From: Myxococcota bacterium
Lineage (GTDB): Bacteria; Myxococcota_A; SURF-8
Direction of reading: 5' to 3'
Length of the DNA: 64,000 nt
Assembly (NCBI GenBank): GCA_965140415.1
Contig: OZ223209.1
Coordinates: 2,336,001-2,400,000 of the forward strand
This document shows, one piece after another, positions 11,301 through 20,197 of this stretch. Every line of letters starts with the position of its first letter. The stretch's first letter is position 1. A program made the translations under genes and the position numbers. Under the pieces are notes generated by a model. That model was not told the origin of the DNA. It saw only the letters and a program-made list of their open reading frames with translations, and made no database searches.

Positions 11301-11501
11301 CTGTTGTGGGCAGTAGTGGTTATTTTGTGAGAGGCATGGGATAAGAATTCGGGTACCATTGGCGAAACATGTTGGCAATCCTACTGTTATTAAAGGATTC
11401 AGTATTGGTAGGATTCCAAAATAGACCGCAAAAATCACATAAACATCCTAATAAATGTGCTAATATAACAGCAAACAAACATTCAGCAGAAATGAGCAAA
11501 A

Positions 11502-12947
11502 ATGAATGCGTCATGGAATGTTACTGCTGTTTTAAAACTGCTCACTGTATCGATGCTTACTTCCTGCCTGTTATGCGGGGCGGCTGTCGCAGCAGAAGAG
11601 GTTGTTTCTCCTAAGGGCGAGGATGGCATAATAGAACAGCAAGAGGAGCCGTCGTCGGGATGGAATCTGCATGTGTTTTCCAGGCAGGAATATCGCCTGC
11701 GAACGTCCACCGATCCAAGCGAACGCGATCAGGATATCCGGCTTTCTCTTGATTTCTCTGCAATCGATCCTTCCGACCGTTTCGGAGCGGAGCTTTCCAT
11801 GGGTTTTGCTTACGATCTGGACGGCGTCCCGCAAAAACCTTCGAGTATCGGATTCAATTCTATTTACGATGAAAACGATCCGGGCTGGTGGTTCGATATC
11901 TATACTCTGGCGCTGGATTATCACTCGTCGGGAATTGTGCAACTCGCCCGTGCGGGACGACAGGTAGCCCCGTACGGACATCCGGCAGTATTTGATGGCG
12001 TCAGCTTTGTTTTGCGTCCGGCTCGGAAATATCTGGATCTGTATTTACTGGGAGGTCGCAGCGTTCACTTTTTTGATTTGGACAGCGATATCTTCGAAGA
12101 CTGGCTGGCGGCGGGAGGCGTGGTCATTCGACCGATGCAGGATTTGCACTTCGAGTTGGAGTATCGCTTCAATCTGGAAAAGAAGCAGACTCCTAGTAAC
12201 AATGGCTGGCCGCAATACGATAAAACGGATGTCACGGATCATGCATTCAGCTTTACCGGTTATTATCGCTATGAAGACTGGTTGTATGCGAAAGCGAAAG
12301 TACGAACCGTAAACAGCGATGTTGCAGAAGCATCCGGTTCGTTGCACATGAACTGGACCCGATACGAACTCGGTTTCCAAGTGGATGTGAAAGCACAGCC
12401 TTCAACGTTGAATGAAATTAGTGAAGCGGAAGACCCTTACTTTTTCGTTTTGGGAACGAGTTTGCCATACATTGCTTACTCTGCCGAATTGAATAAAGCA
12501 TTCAGCAGCACCAAAGGAATCTACGCTCTTAACCTTGGTTACGAAGGGCGGCAGTTACTGAAGGACAACGAACAAACTTTCAATCGAAATTACAACCGGG
12601 CATATTTGCTGTTTAGTGCTGTGGATATTGTGGTCAAAGGACCGTTTCTGAGTTTCGTTTTCGAGCGCTGGGCAGACGGTGCAATTTTGGATGGCAATGG
12701 CTTGTGGACGGTTGGGGGCTCGCTGGGTCATGATTGTCGCTATCTGCGTGCGGAAGTTGGCAGTTTCTATCAGCGATACAAGTACACCTATTACAGCGAT
12801 GTTGATGAAATCGATAGCGTGCGTACGGTCTATGCTGATTTGAAGGGGAAGCCTTTGGATTGGCTGGCAATTACGGCGCGTTACGAGTTGGAAATATTCG
12901 ATCGTTACGTGCATGTCGTCACGGTCGGCCTGATACAGAATTACTGA
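11502..12947 (+). CDS. Putative outer-membrane beta-barrel (cytochrome-associated porin)
   Basis: Signal peptide ending AVA-AEE; many amphipathic, aromatic-rich beta strands; C-terminal VTVGLIQNY ending in an aromatic residue; directly upstream of multiheme cytochromes. Confidence 0.7.
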   Translation: MNASWNVTAVLKLLTVSMLTSCLLCGAAVAAEEVVSPKGEDGIIEQQEEPSSGWNLHVFSRQEYRLRTSTDPSERDQDIRLSLDFSAIDPSDRFGAELSMGFAYDLDGVPQKPSSIGFNSIYDENDPGWWFDIYTLALDYHSSGIVQLARAGRQVAPYGHPAVFDGVSFVLRPARKYLDLYLLGGRSVHFFDLDSDIFEDWLAAGGVVIRPMQDLHFELEYRFNLEKKQTPSNNGWPQYDKTDVTDHAFSFTGYYRYEDWLYAKAKVRTVNSDVAEASGSLHMNWTRYELGFQVDVKAQPSTLNEISEAEDPYFFVLGTSLPYIAYSAELNKAFSSTKGIYALNLGYEGRQLLKDNEQTFNRNYNRAYLLFSAVDIVVKGPFLSFVFERWADGAILDGNGLWTVGGSLGHDCRYLRAEVGSFYQRYKYTYYSDVDEIDSVRTVYADLKGKPLDWLAITARYELEIFDRYVHVVTVGLIQNY

Positions 12948-12955
12948 GGAACACC

Positions 12956-13816
12956 ATGAACACCGGGCAAAAAAATAAACGCGGTTCCATCTTGTTGCTA
13001 GCGGTATGTTTTCTTGTGGTGATTATCGGTACGGTAGCGCTTGCACAAACCGCTAAAAGCTTTAGCCATCAACTGCATTTGTCTGAGGATATCGGAGCGC
13101 AATGTTCCGACTGTCATGGCTCCGGCGCAAAAACCGAACTCGCGCCGACTGAAGAACGTTGTGGACAATGCCATGAAAGCGCGATGCTGCCTTTGTTGGC
13201 AAAAAGTTCTTCTGCGCGTCCTCTTCGATTGGAGTTTTCCCATGAACTTCATGCGCAGTCTTTTTCCTGCGAGGAATGCCACAAAGGCGTAAATGAAGAT
13301 CTTCCTCCCGTTTCCGGTATGCCCACCATGAATTTCAGCGATTGCTCGGCCTGTCACAGGGAAAACGGAATCGAAGTAGATGAGAAAAACTGTACCGCCT
13401 GCCATGGCAAGGATCGTCGCAAGCTGAAACCGGAAGACCACAAAGCGAGTTGGCTGGCACGTCATGGTGTGGAGTCGCAGTGGCGCGTTTTCGACGATCA
13501 CGGGCAGCAGTGCACACTCTGCCATCGTTCTCAGGCTTGTGTAGCCTGTCATCGTCAGCGAAAACCGGCGGATCATAATGGCTTGTGGCGTATGCGCCTA
13601 CATGGGCGTCAGGCGGACTGGGATCGTGAACGCTGCAAAACCTGTCATGAGTCAGGGACTTGCATTCGCTGTCATAAAGATACCAAGCCCAGCAATCATA
13701 TCGGTAGCTGGCGCTATCTGCACGGCAAAGCCGCGCCGTCAGGGCTCTCGGCTAACTGTCGGGTTTGCCACCAGCCGGGCTATTGTGCGAGCTGTCACGC
13801 GACGGGAGGGAAATGA
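12956..13816 (+). CDS. Secreted multiheme cytochrome c, 11 CxxCH
   Basis: ATG 12956 after GAGG; signal peptide ending ALA-Q; c3/c7-like FSH motifs; 11 CxxCH counted (CSDCH to CASCH). Confidence 0.92.
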   Translation: MNTGQKNKRGSILLLAVCFLVVIIGTVALAQTAKSFSHQLHLSEDIGAQCSDCHGSGAKTELAPTEERCGQCHESAMLPLLAKSSSARPLRLEFSHELHAQSFSCEECHKGVNEDLPPVSGMPTMNFSDCSACHRENGIEVDEKNCTACHGKDRRKLKPEDHKASWLARHGVESQWRVFDDHGQQCTLCHRSQACVACHRQRKPADHNGLWRMRLHGRQADWDRERCKTCHESGTCIRCHKDTKPSNHIGSWRYLHGKAAPSGLSANCRVCHQPGYCASCHATGGK

Positions 13817-15474
13817 TGCAAAGGTTGCTTTCCCTTTTATCAAAAGCGTTGTTCCTTTCATTGCTTCTTTTATTGTTAGGCGTAGTTCTTTTCGGTTGCG
13901 CTGATAAAACATTACCAGATGGCTTGCCGGGTGACTATGAATTGGAAAGCCCCGTACATCCTACGGATTATGTAAAATCGGAGCGGCACGGTTTAGAATA
14001 TTTGCAGGATTACACCCGTTGTTCGTTCTGTCATGGACAGCAGCGTCAGGGTGGTATAAGCGGTGTCGTTTGCGATGAATGCCATCAAAGTATGACAGGA
14101 CGTCGCATGGATAGCGATTGCGGGTTCTGTCATTCCGCTCCTTCATTTTCCAAGCAGCAAGACGCCCGCTTCGAAGATGTCTATGGAAACAAGGATAAGG
14201 CGCTCGCAGCGGTCGGGGCGCATGACGCGCATGCGCTGGAAACGGAAATCCATACCGCATATGCTTGTAGCGTATGCCATCCTGTCTATGCAAGTTTGGA
14301 TGATTCCGGGCATTTAGACGAGACTCCCGCTGCGGATGTGGTCTTTACCGGGTTGGCCGGTAGCCGGGCTGCGTATGATTCCGGTGAATGTTCTTCCATC
14401 CTATGTCACGGCGATGGCGTTGTGACCGCAGATGCACCAGCCTGGACGGATGAAAACCCGCTTGGTTGCAACTCTTGTCACGATGACGGTGAACACCCGG
14501 AGAGCATGTACGGCAGTCACGAAGTGCACGTGCTGGCGGGGTTGACCTGCGCGGGCTGTCACATGGATGTGGTGGATGGGCAAAACACCATTATAGACAA
14601 GCAGTTGCATGTAAATGGAGAGAAAGACATCCTTCTGGCATTGGGACAGTACGATCCCGCCACTAGAACCTGTACCAACACCTGTCACGCCGATGCCGAA
14701 TGGGGCGGCGAGTATCACCCGAGCGGTTTTGTTGCAAAGGAGCGGCACGGGCGCGCATTCATTCTGCACGAGCAGGATTGCACTCGCTGCCATGGCGAGG
14801 ATCTGCAAGGTGGCGGTAGCGGTGTTTCCTGCGATGGCTGCCATCTGAAAAATGCAGATGCGACATTGGCCGGAAACTGCACGTTCTGTCATGGTGGCGT
14901 GGACAACGAAAGCGGCGCTCCGCCGGAGGGCGTTTTTGGAGAGAGCGAGCGAAGCGATCCGCAAGTCGGGGCGCATAGCCGACATGTAAGCACTACGGAG
15001 CACCATGGCGCATTTGATTGCAGCGAATGCCACACTAAACCGGCGAGCTTTACCGATGCCGGTCACTTGGACGGCGACGGCCAGGCGGAAGTTGCATTGA
15101 AGTCAGGATCGTATGATTCCGAAAGCGGCGTTTGCTCGGCGAATGAGTGTCACGGTAATGGCAGAACGAGCGGTTCTTCTCCGACATGGACTTCCGTGCA
15201 AGCGCTGACTTGCACTGGTTGTCACGATGATGGCAGCCGACAGGCGAGCAGTCGTTTGTCTGGAATGCACGACAAGCATGTTCGAGATCTTCGCCTGGAT
15301 TGCACGAACTGCCACAAGGCCGTACTCGATGCTCAGGAAAACTTCGTAAACGTCGGCTTGCACGTCAACGGACAGGCGGATGTCGAGTTGTCCATTGGCA
15401 CCTACAATGCACAAAACAAAAGCTGTTCCACCTCCTGCCATGAAGAAATCGAATCCTGGTACGAAGATCGCTGA
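13813..15474 (+). CDS. Multiheme cytochrome c lipoprotein, CxxxxCH/CxxCH type (12 CX2CH + 2 CX4CH + 2 CX3CH)
   Basis: ATGA overlap with the upstream gene; lipobox VLFG-C; heme motifs counted directly; two homologous halves. Confidence 0.92.
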   Translation: MMQRLLSLLSKALFLSLLLLLLGVVLFGCADKTLPDGLPGDYELESPVHPTDYVKSERHGLEYLQDYTRCSFCHGQQRQGGISGVVCDECHQSMTGRRMDSDCGFCHSAPSFSKQQDARFEDVYGNKDKALAAVGAHDAHALETEIHTAYACSVCHPVYASLDDSGHLDETPAADVVFTGLAGSRAAYDSGECSSILCHGDGVVTADAPAWTDENPLGCNSCHDDGEHPESMYGSHEVHVLAGLTCAGCHMDVVDGQNTIIDKQLHVNGEKDILLALGQYDPATRTCTNTCHADAEWGGEYHPSGFVAKERHGRAFILHEQDCTRCHGEDLQGGGSGVSCDGCHLKNADATLAGNCTFCHGGVDNESGAPPEGVFGESERSDPQVGAHSRHVSTTEHHGAFDCSECHTKPASFTDAGHLDGDGQAEVALKSGSYDSESGVCSANECHGNGRTSGSSPTWTSVQALTCTGCHDDGSRQASSRLSGMHDKHVRDLRLDCTNCHKAVLDAQENFVNVGLHVNGQADVELSIGTYNAQNKSCSTSCHEEIESWYEDR

Positions 15475-15510
15475 ATCAACACTTGTTGTCCAGTCTTCGC
15501 AGGCTTCTAC

Positions 15511-15539
15511 TTGAATCCTCCAATCAAAAGCTGTAGGAT
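15511..15539 (+). promoter_or_regulatory. Candidate sigma70 promoter of the HAO-like gene
   Basis: TTGAAT-N17-TAGGAT in the 123-bp intergenic gap. Confidence 0.4.
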
Positions 15540-15597
15540 CAATTTGTTTTTCAGATCATGTGGCGGTGCATCTTTAGACTCAAAATAAGGAAATGGC

Positions 15598-17115
15598 ATG
15601 TTGCAATTTGTACCTAGAGTTACCTTGTGTACCTTCATGTTCTATGCTGCGCTGGGGGGTGGCTTTCAGAGCCGCGCGTTTTGTGAAGAAGCTGCGAAAG
15701 CAACGATCAGTAGCGAAACGGAAGAATGCCTGGACTGTCACCGGCGTGTGACACCGGGTATTGTGGCGGATTGGCAGAAAAGCCGACATGCCGTAACGAC
15801 TCCCAATCAAACGAAGAACCTACCGGAAAACGAGCGGAGAATGTCCAGCCTGAAAACTGTTCCCGAAGCACTTCGCAATTCGGCGGTCGGTTGCTACGAG
15901 TGTCACTCGCTTAACCCCACGAAGCATCGGGATAATTTCGAGCATATGGGGTACCAGATCAATGTCGTTGTTACTCCTGATGATTGCAAAAGCTGTCACG
16001 AAACGGAAGCAAAGCAATATGCCGACAGTAAAAAAGCTCATGCGTTAGCTAACCTGCGGGATAACCCCATTTTCCAGGCTTTGGTGGAAGAATCCATTGC
16101 CATTCCAGCGTCTCATCGTGGTCAATTGCCGGACAGTTCCGGGCGGATTTCGGCGCAGCATGAAGCCTGCTATTCCTGCCATGGAACGGAAGTCAAGGTG
16201 GTTGGAAAGCTGAGCCTTGAAGATGAAGAGGCAGGGGAGTTCGAAGTTCCCAAACTGAGCAACTGGCCCAATCAGGGCGTTGGAAGAAAAAATCCCGACG
16301 GCAGTTTGGGTTCTTGCACGGCTTGTCATGCACGGCATGCCTTTTCGATTTCGGTGGCCAGAAAACCCGAGACCTGCTCGCAGTGCCACGCGGGACCGGA
16401 CGCGCCTGCTTATAAAGTTTTCATCGAAAGCAAGCATGGCAACCTGGTGAAATCGGATTCCGCTTCGATCGACTGGCAGGGGATGCCCTGGAAAGTCGGA
16501 ACGGATTTCCAGGCGCCGTCTTGCAGTGTGTGCCATAGCAGCGCGCTTGTGACGCCGGATGGCAATGTGATAGCCAAGCGTACGCACGATTTCGGGGCGC
16601 GTTTGTGGACGCGCATTTTCGGCCTGCCCACGTCGCATCCTCAGCCGGTGCATGGCAATACCGCGACTCTTAGAAATAAAGACGGGCAACCGCTACCGAC
16701 TTCGTATGATGGAACGCTTGCCAGTGAAGGATTGCTGAAAAAGGATGAAATTAAAAAACGGCAGCAGCAGATGCAGGCAATCTGCAAGAGCTGTCATTCA
16801 ACCGGCTGGGTGCAGGGGCATTTCGAGAAGTTCGAAAATACGGTAGATGAGGCGGACAAGATGGTGCTGGCCGCTACTGCGTTAATGCAGCAAGCCTGGA
16901 AAGAGAAACGCTGCGATGCGAAAAATATGTTTGACGAAGAACTGGAGCGGCTGTGGGTGAAACAGTGGCTCTACTATGCCAATGCGCTGCGGCTGGGTTC
17001 GGCTATGAGCGGCTTTGATTATTCGAGCTTTCAGCTTGGCTGGTTCGATCTCACCGGCAACATGGCCGTCATGCAGAAACGATTTGAAGAGTTGGAGAAG
17101 GGGGAGAGGAAGTAA
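15598..17115 (+). CDS. Octaheme cytochrome c of the hydroxylamine oxidoreductase (HAO)-like family
   Basis: Signal peptide; 8 CxxCH; HAO-like segments TPGIVADWQKSRH, NPDGSLGSCTACHARHAFS, ARKPETCSQCHAGPDAP...ESKHG, APSCSVCH, MQAICKSCHS; helical C-terminus. Confidence 0.88.
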   Translation: MLQFVPRVTLCTFMFYAALGGGFQSRAFCEEAAKATISSETEECLDCHRRVTPGIVADWQKSRHAVTTPNQTKNLPENERRMSSLKTVPEALRNSAVGCYECHSLNPTKHRDNFEHMGYQINVVVTPDDCKSCHETEAKQYADSKKAHALANLRDNPIFQALVEESIAIPASHRGQLPDSSGRISAQHEACYSCHGTEVKVVGKLSLEDEEAGEFEVPKLSNWPNQGVGRKNPDGSLGSCTACHARHAFSISVARKPETCSQCHAGPDAPAYKVFIESKHGNLVKSDSASIDWQGMPWKVGTDFQAPSCSVCHSSALVTPDGNVIAKRTHDFGARLWTRIFGLPTSHPQPVHGNTATLRNKDGQPLPTSYDGTLASEGLLKKDEIKKRQQQMQAICKSCHSTGWVQGHFEKFENTVDEADKMVLAATALMQQAWKEKRCDAKNMFDEELERLWVKQWLYYANALRLGSAMSGFDYSSFQLGWFDLTGNMAVMQKRFEELEKGERK

Positions 17116-17187
17116 CGACTTAGGACAACTAATTAATATTATGTCTGAGAAACGAAGTTCCAGTTAATCTAAGAATAAGGCAAAAAA

Positions 17188-17415
17188 ATGGCAATTGTAA
17201 GAAGACTAGAAAAAATAAATATCGATAAAGAGCACAAGCACACCGAAGTGAATGCGAGCTATTCATTTGTCGAGCATGATGGGCAGAAATATTTACAGAT
17301 AGACACTTATGGCTCAGAGACCCGCAAAATCCAGGGGAAGAAAAGCCAATCCATTCGGTTTTCAGTCGAGGCTATCGAACAGTTGAAAGCAATTATTGAT
17401 AAGGAGTATGAATAG
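17188..17415 (+). CDS. Small hypothetical protein (75 aa) in an AT-rich patch
   Basis: AAGG upstream; compact sequence with YLQIDTYGS...GKKSQSIRF and a C-terminal helix; occupies an otherwise empty gap. Confidence 0.7.
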   Translation: MAIVRRLEKINIDKEHKHTEVNASYSFVEHDGQKYLQIDTYGSETRKIQGKKSQSIRFSVEAIEQLKAIIDKEYE

Positions 17416-17494
17416 CTGGGTAGCTTGTCTGATTCATCCTGATATTTTGCGTTTGTTGTCAAATACACTGCATTTGAGCTAAGGTTTTGTATCC

Positions 17495-17636
17495 AGCTTG
17501 AGTAGGATGGGTATTTGCAATTCCCATAACATGGGAAAGAATGAATTGATGGGCAAAGCTTGAGTAGGATGGGCATTTGCCATGCCCATCACATTGGAAT
17601 GAAGATTAAGATGGGCAAAACAATTACCCATTCTAC
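17495..17636. repeat. GTAG-type REP-like palindrome cluster (REPIN-like)
   Basis: GTAGGATGGGTA...TTCCCAT at 17502, GTAGGATGGGCA-TTTGCCA-TGCCCATC at 17564, and an inverted copy GATGGGCAAAACAATTACCCATTCTAC ending at 17636. Confidence 0.65.
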
Positions 17637-17671
17637 ATCTGAAGACTGAAGACTACTGAAATCCCCCCCTC

Positions 17672-19444
17672 CTACATATCCGCGCCGAAGAACTCCGGGA
17701 AGCGGTTGGACATTTCGGCGTGCAAGAGTAATTCGGTTTCGGAGACGTTGTCGAACTGCATGGCTTCGCGTGTCAGCCACAGCGCCTGCTCCATCGTCGA
17801 ACGGCGTATGATCTCCTTGACGTAGGGAATAGACGACGGCGGCATACCCAACTCGGTAATACCCAGACCCACCAACAGCAGGGTGTAAATCATTTCGGAA
17901 GCCATTTCACCGCACAGCGCCACGTCGATGCCGGCCTGATGCGCGTTATCGCAGGTGCTGCGCAACAGCCTAAGAATGGCCGGATGCAGCGGCGTGAACA
18001 TGTGGGCGAGCTGTTCGGAGTCGCGGTCTACCGCAAGGGTATATTGAATCAGGTCGTTGGTGCCGATCGAGAAGAACTGTACCCGCTTCGCCAGTGAATC
18101 GCTGACAATGGCGGCGCTGGGCAACTCGATCATGACACCTAACGGCACATCGGGATTGAAGACGACCTTCTCCCGGTCCAGCTCCTTCTTGATGTTATCC
18201 AAAATACCCATAAGCCATTCCAATTCGGCCACACCGGAGATGAACGGCAACAGCAGCTTGATCTCGCCATGCGCTGCCGCTCGATAGATGGCGCGTACCT
18301 GCGCCCGGAAGTAGGCGTCGTTCTGGTGAATCGCCCGGATGGCGCGGCTGCCGAGCGCCGGATTGGTTTCCTTGGGAAAGGCCCAGTAGGAGGGGCGCTT
18401 GTCGCCGCCGATATCGTGAGTGCGAATCGTAACGGGGCCGACGTCCGCAAGCCGTACCAGGCGACGATAATACTGGTAGTGCTCCTCTTCCGTGGGCGGT
18501 TCGGAGCGTCCCATGTACATGAACTCCGTGCGGAACAGGCCGATGCCTTCCGCCCCGTATTTAAACAGCGCCGGAATTTCCTCCAGCGATTCGATATTGC
18601 CTTTCAGTGTGATGCGCGGACCATCGAGCAGCAGGGCCGGTTCCGCTTTCTGCGAAAGCAGCAGCGACTCCATCTGCTCGTGCTTCTTTTCCTTCTTGCG
18701 GTAGTCGTCGTATTGACGCTGAGTGGGGTTGATAAAAAACAGCCCCCGCGTACCGTCCAGGATGACCTCGTCGCCGTCTTGAATGGAGGACATCAAACCT
18801 TCAAGACCTAAGACCGCCGGGATGTTCATCGAACGGGAAATGATGGCGATATGACTGGCCTTGCCGCCTACTTCCAGCGCCAGCGCACCCACCTGCTGCG
18901 TGTAGAAATTGCTCGCGTCTCCTGGGGAAAGATAGCGCGTGACGATGATCGCACCGCTTTCGATATCATCGAAACTTTTATGCTCAACGCCCATCAGGGC
19001 TTCGAACACACGAAAGTTGACATCCAGCAAATCCGCCTTGCGCTTGCGGATATGCTCGTCGTCGATCTTGTCGAATTCGCTGATGAACTGTTCCACCGTA
19101 AGCTTTAACGCCCACTCCGCATTGAATAAATGCTTGCGGATAAAGCGCTCCACAGTAGTGTTCAAGAGGTTGTCTTGCAGCATCAACTCGTGGGCTTCGA
19201 GGATATAGTAGTGGTTTTCCGCTGTCTGGCGGTCTATGCGATTCTTTTGATTGCGAATCTGTTTGATGGCGACATCCACGGCAGAGGCAAAACGCTCCAT
19301 TTCGTTTTCAACTTGAACCGCTTCGATGCCTTGCATCGGCACGGACAGGTTGGGAGAGTCGATAAGCTGCGCCCTTCCGATGCGAATGCCGGGTGAAACG
19401 CCGATGCCTTGCAGCACGATTCCTTTCTTTTTCTTCGCTTCCAT
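17672..19444 (-). CDS. ptsI: Phosphoenolpyruvate-protein phosphotransferase (PTS enzyme I)
   Basis: Start moved to 19444. GIGVSPGI, GGKASHIAIISR, GIGLFRTEF, ETNPALGSRAIR, FFSIGTNDLIQY, LCGEMA. Confidence 0.95.
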   Translation of the reverse strand: MEAKKKKGIVLQGIGVSPGIRIGRAQLIDSPNLSVPMQGIEAVQVENEMERFASAVDVAIKQIRNQKNRIDRQTAENHYYILEAHELMLQDNLLNTTVERFIRKHLFNAEWALKLTVEQFISEFDKIDDEHIRKRKADLLDVNFRVFEALMGVEHKSFDDIESGAIIVTRYLSPGDASNFYTQQVGALALEVGGKASHIAIISRSMNIPAVLGLEGLMSSIQDGDEVILDGTRGLFFINPTQRQYDDYRKKEKKHEQMESLLLSQKAEPALLLDGPRITLKGNIESLEEIPALFKYGAEGIGLFRTEFMYMGRSEPPTEEEHYQYYRRLVRLADVGPVTIRTHDIGGDKRPSYWAFPKETNPALGSRAIRAIHQNDAYFRAQVRAIYRAAAHGEIKLLLPFISGVAELEWLMGILDNIKKELDREKVVFNPDVPLGVMIELPSAAIVSDSLAKRVQFFSIGTNDLIQYTLAVDRDSEQLAHMFTPLHPAILRLLRSTCDNAHQAGIDVALCGEMASEMIYTLLLVGLGITELGMPPSSIPYVKEIIRRSTMEQALWLTREAMQFDNVSETELLLHAEMSNRFPEFFGADM

Positions 19445-19451
19445 CCCGCGT

Positions 19452-20174
19452 TCAATCCTCATCGAATTTCGAATTGAATAACTGCACGATCGTTTCCACT
19501 GCAAGTCTGGCGTCATCGCCGACGGCGTGGACGCCTAAATCGGTTCCTTGCGCGGCGCCGAGCATCAAAACACCCATAATGGATTTAGTATCCACGGTCA
19601 GATCGTCCTTGGTCAGGGTGATCGTACTTTGAAAGCGGCTCATCGACTTGACCAGCTTGGCGCTTGTACTTGCATGTAATCCCAATTTATTCAATACGGT
19701 CACGGTTGCCCGTGCTTCGTGATGGTTACCCATAACCTGTGCGTCATCGCTTTCTATGTGTGGTTCATCCTGCGAGGTAAGCGGCTTGGAGAAATGCGGA
19801 CGGATGCTGTTTTTGGCCGAACGCTCGGCAATCAAAGCCAGTTCCTGCAAGGGAATGCTGTTACGATTCGCTTCCAGCACTTTTAACAGCATCGCCAAGT
19901 TCAATCCGGTGACCACCGCCACAGGGTGACTTTCCAGAAACGAAAGGGCAACATTACTGGGCGTTCCCCCGTAGATATCAACCAGGATCAACACGCCGGA
20001 ACCGTTATCCTGTTCCTGTAGGATGTTGGACAGCTGATTTTCAAGCAGTTGGTAACTGATACCCGGTTGCTGGGAAAGAGTGGCGACGTTTGGCTGCTCG
20101 CCGACAATGCCACGCGCATTCTGTAACAGCGCTTCACCTAAATTCGCATGTGTCATCAATACGACACCGATCAT
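19452..20174 (-). CDS. Fusion of PTS EIIA (mannose-type) and HPr
   Basis: N-terminal IGVVLMTH...GVLILVDIYGGTPSN...VTGLNLAML (EIIA-Man); C-terminal NKLGLHA...VDTKSIMGVLMLGAAQG...F (HPr); one continuous ORF. Confidence 0.9.
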   Translation of the reverse strand: MIGVVLMTHANLGEALLQNARGIVGEQPNVATLSQQPGISYQLLENQLSNILQEQDNGSGVLILVDIYGGTPSNVALSFLESHPVAVVTGLNLAMLLKVLEANRNSIPLQELALIAERSAKNSIRPHFSKPLTSQDEPHIESDDAQVMGNHHEARATVTVLNKLGLHASTSAKLVKSMSRFQSTITLTKDDLTVDTKSIMGVLMLGAAQGTDLGVHAVGDDARLAVETIVQLFNSKFDED

Positions 20175-20197
20175 AGTCGTTTTCCGATCCTCTACGT

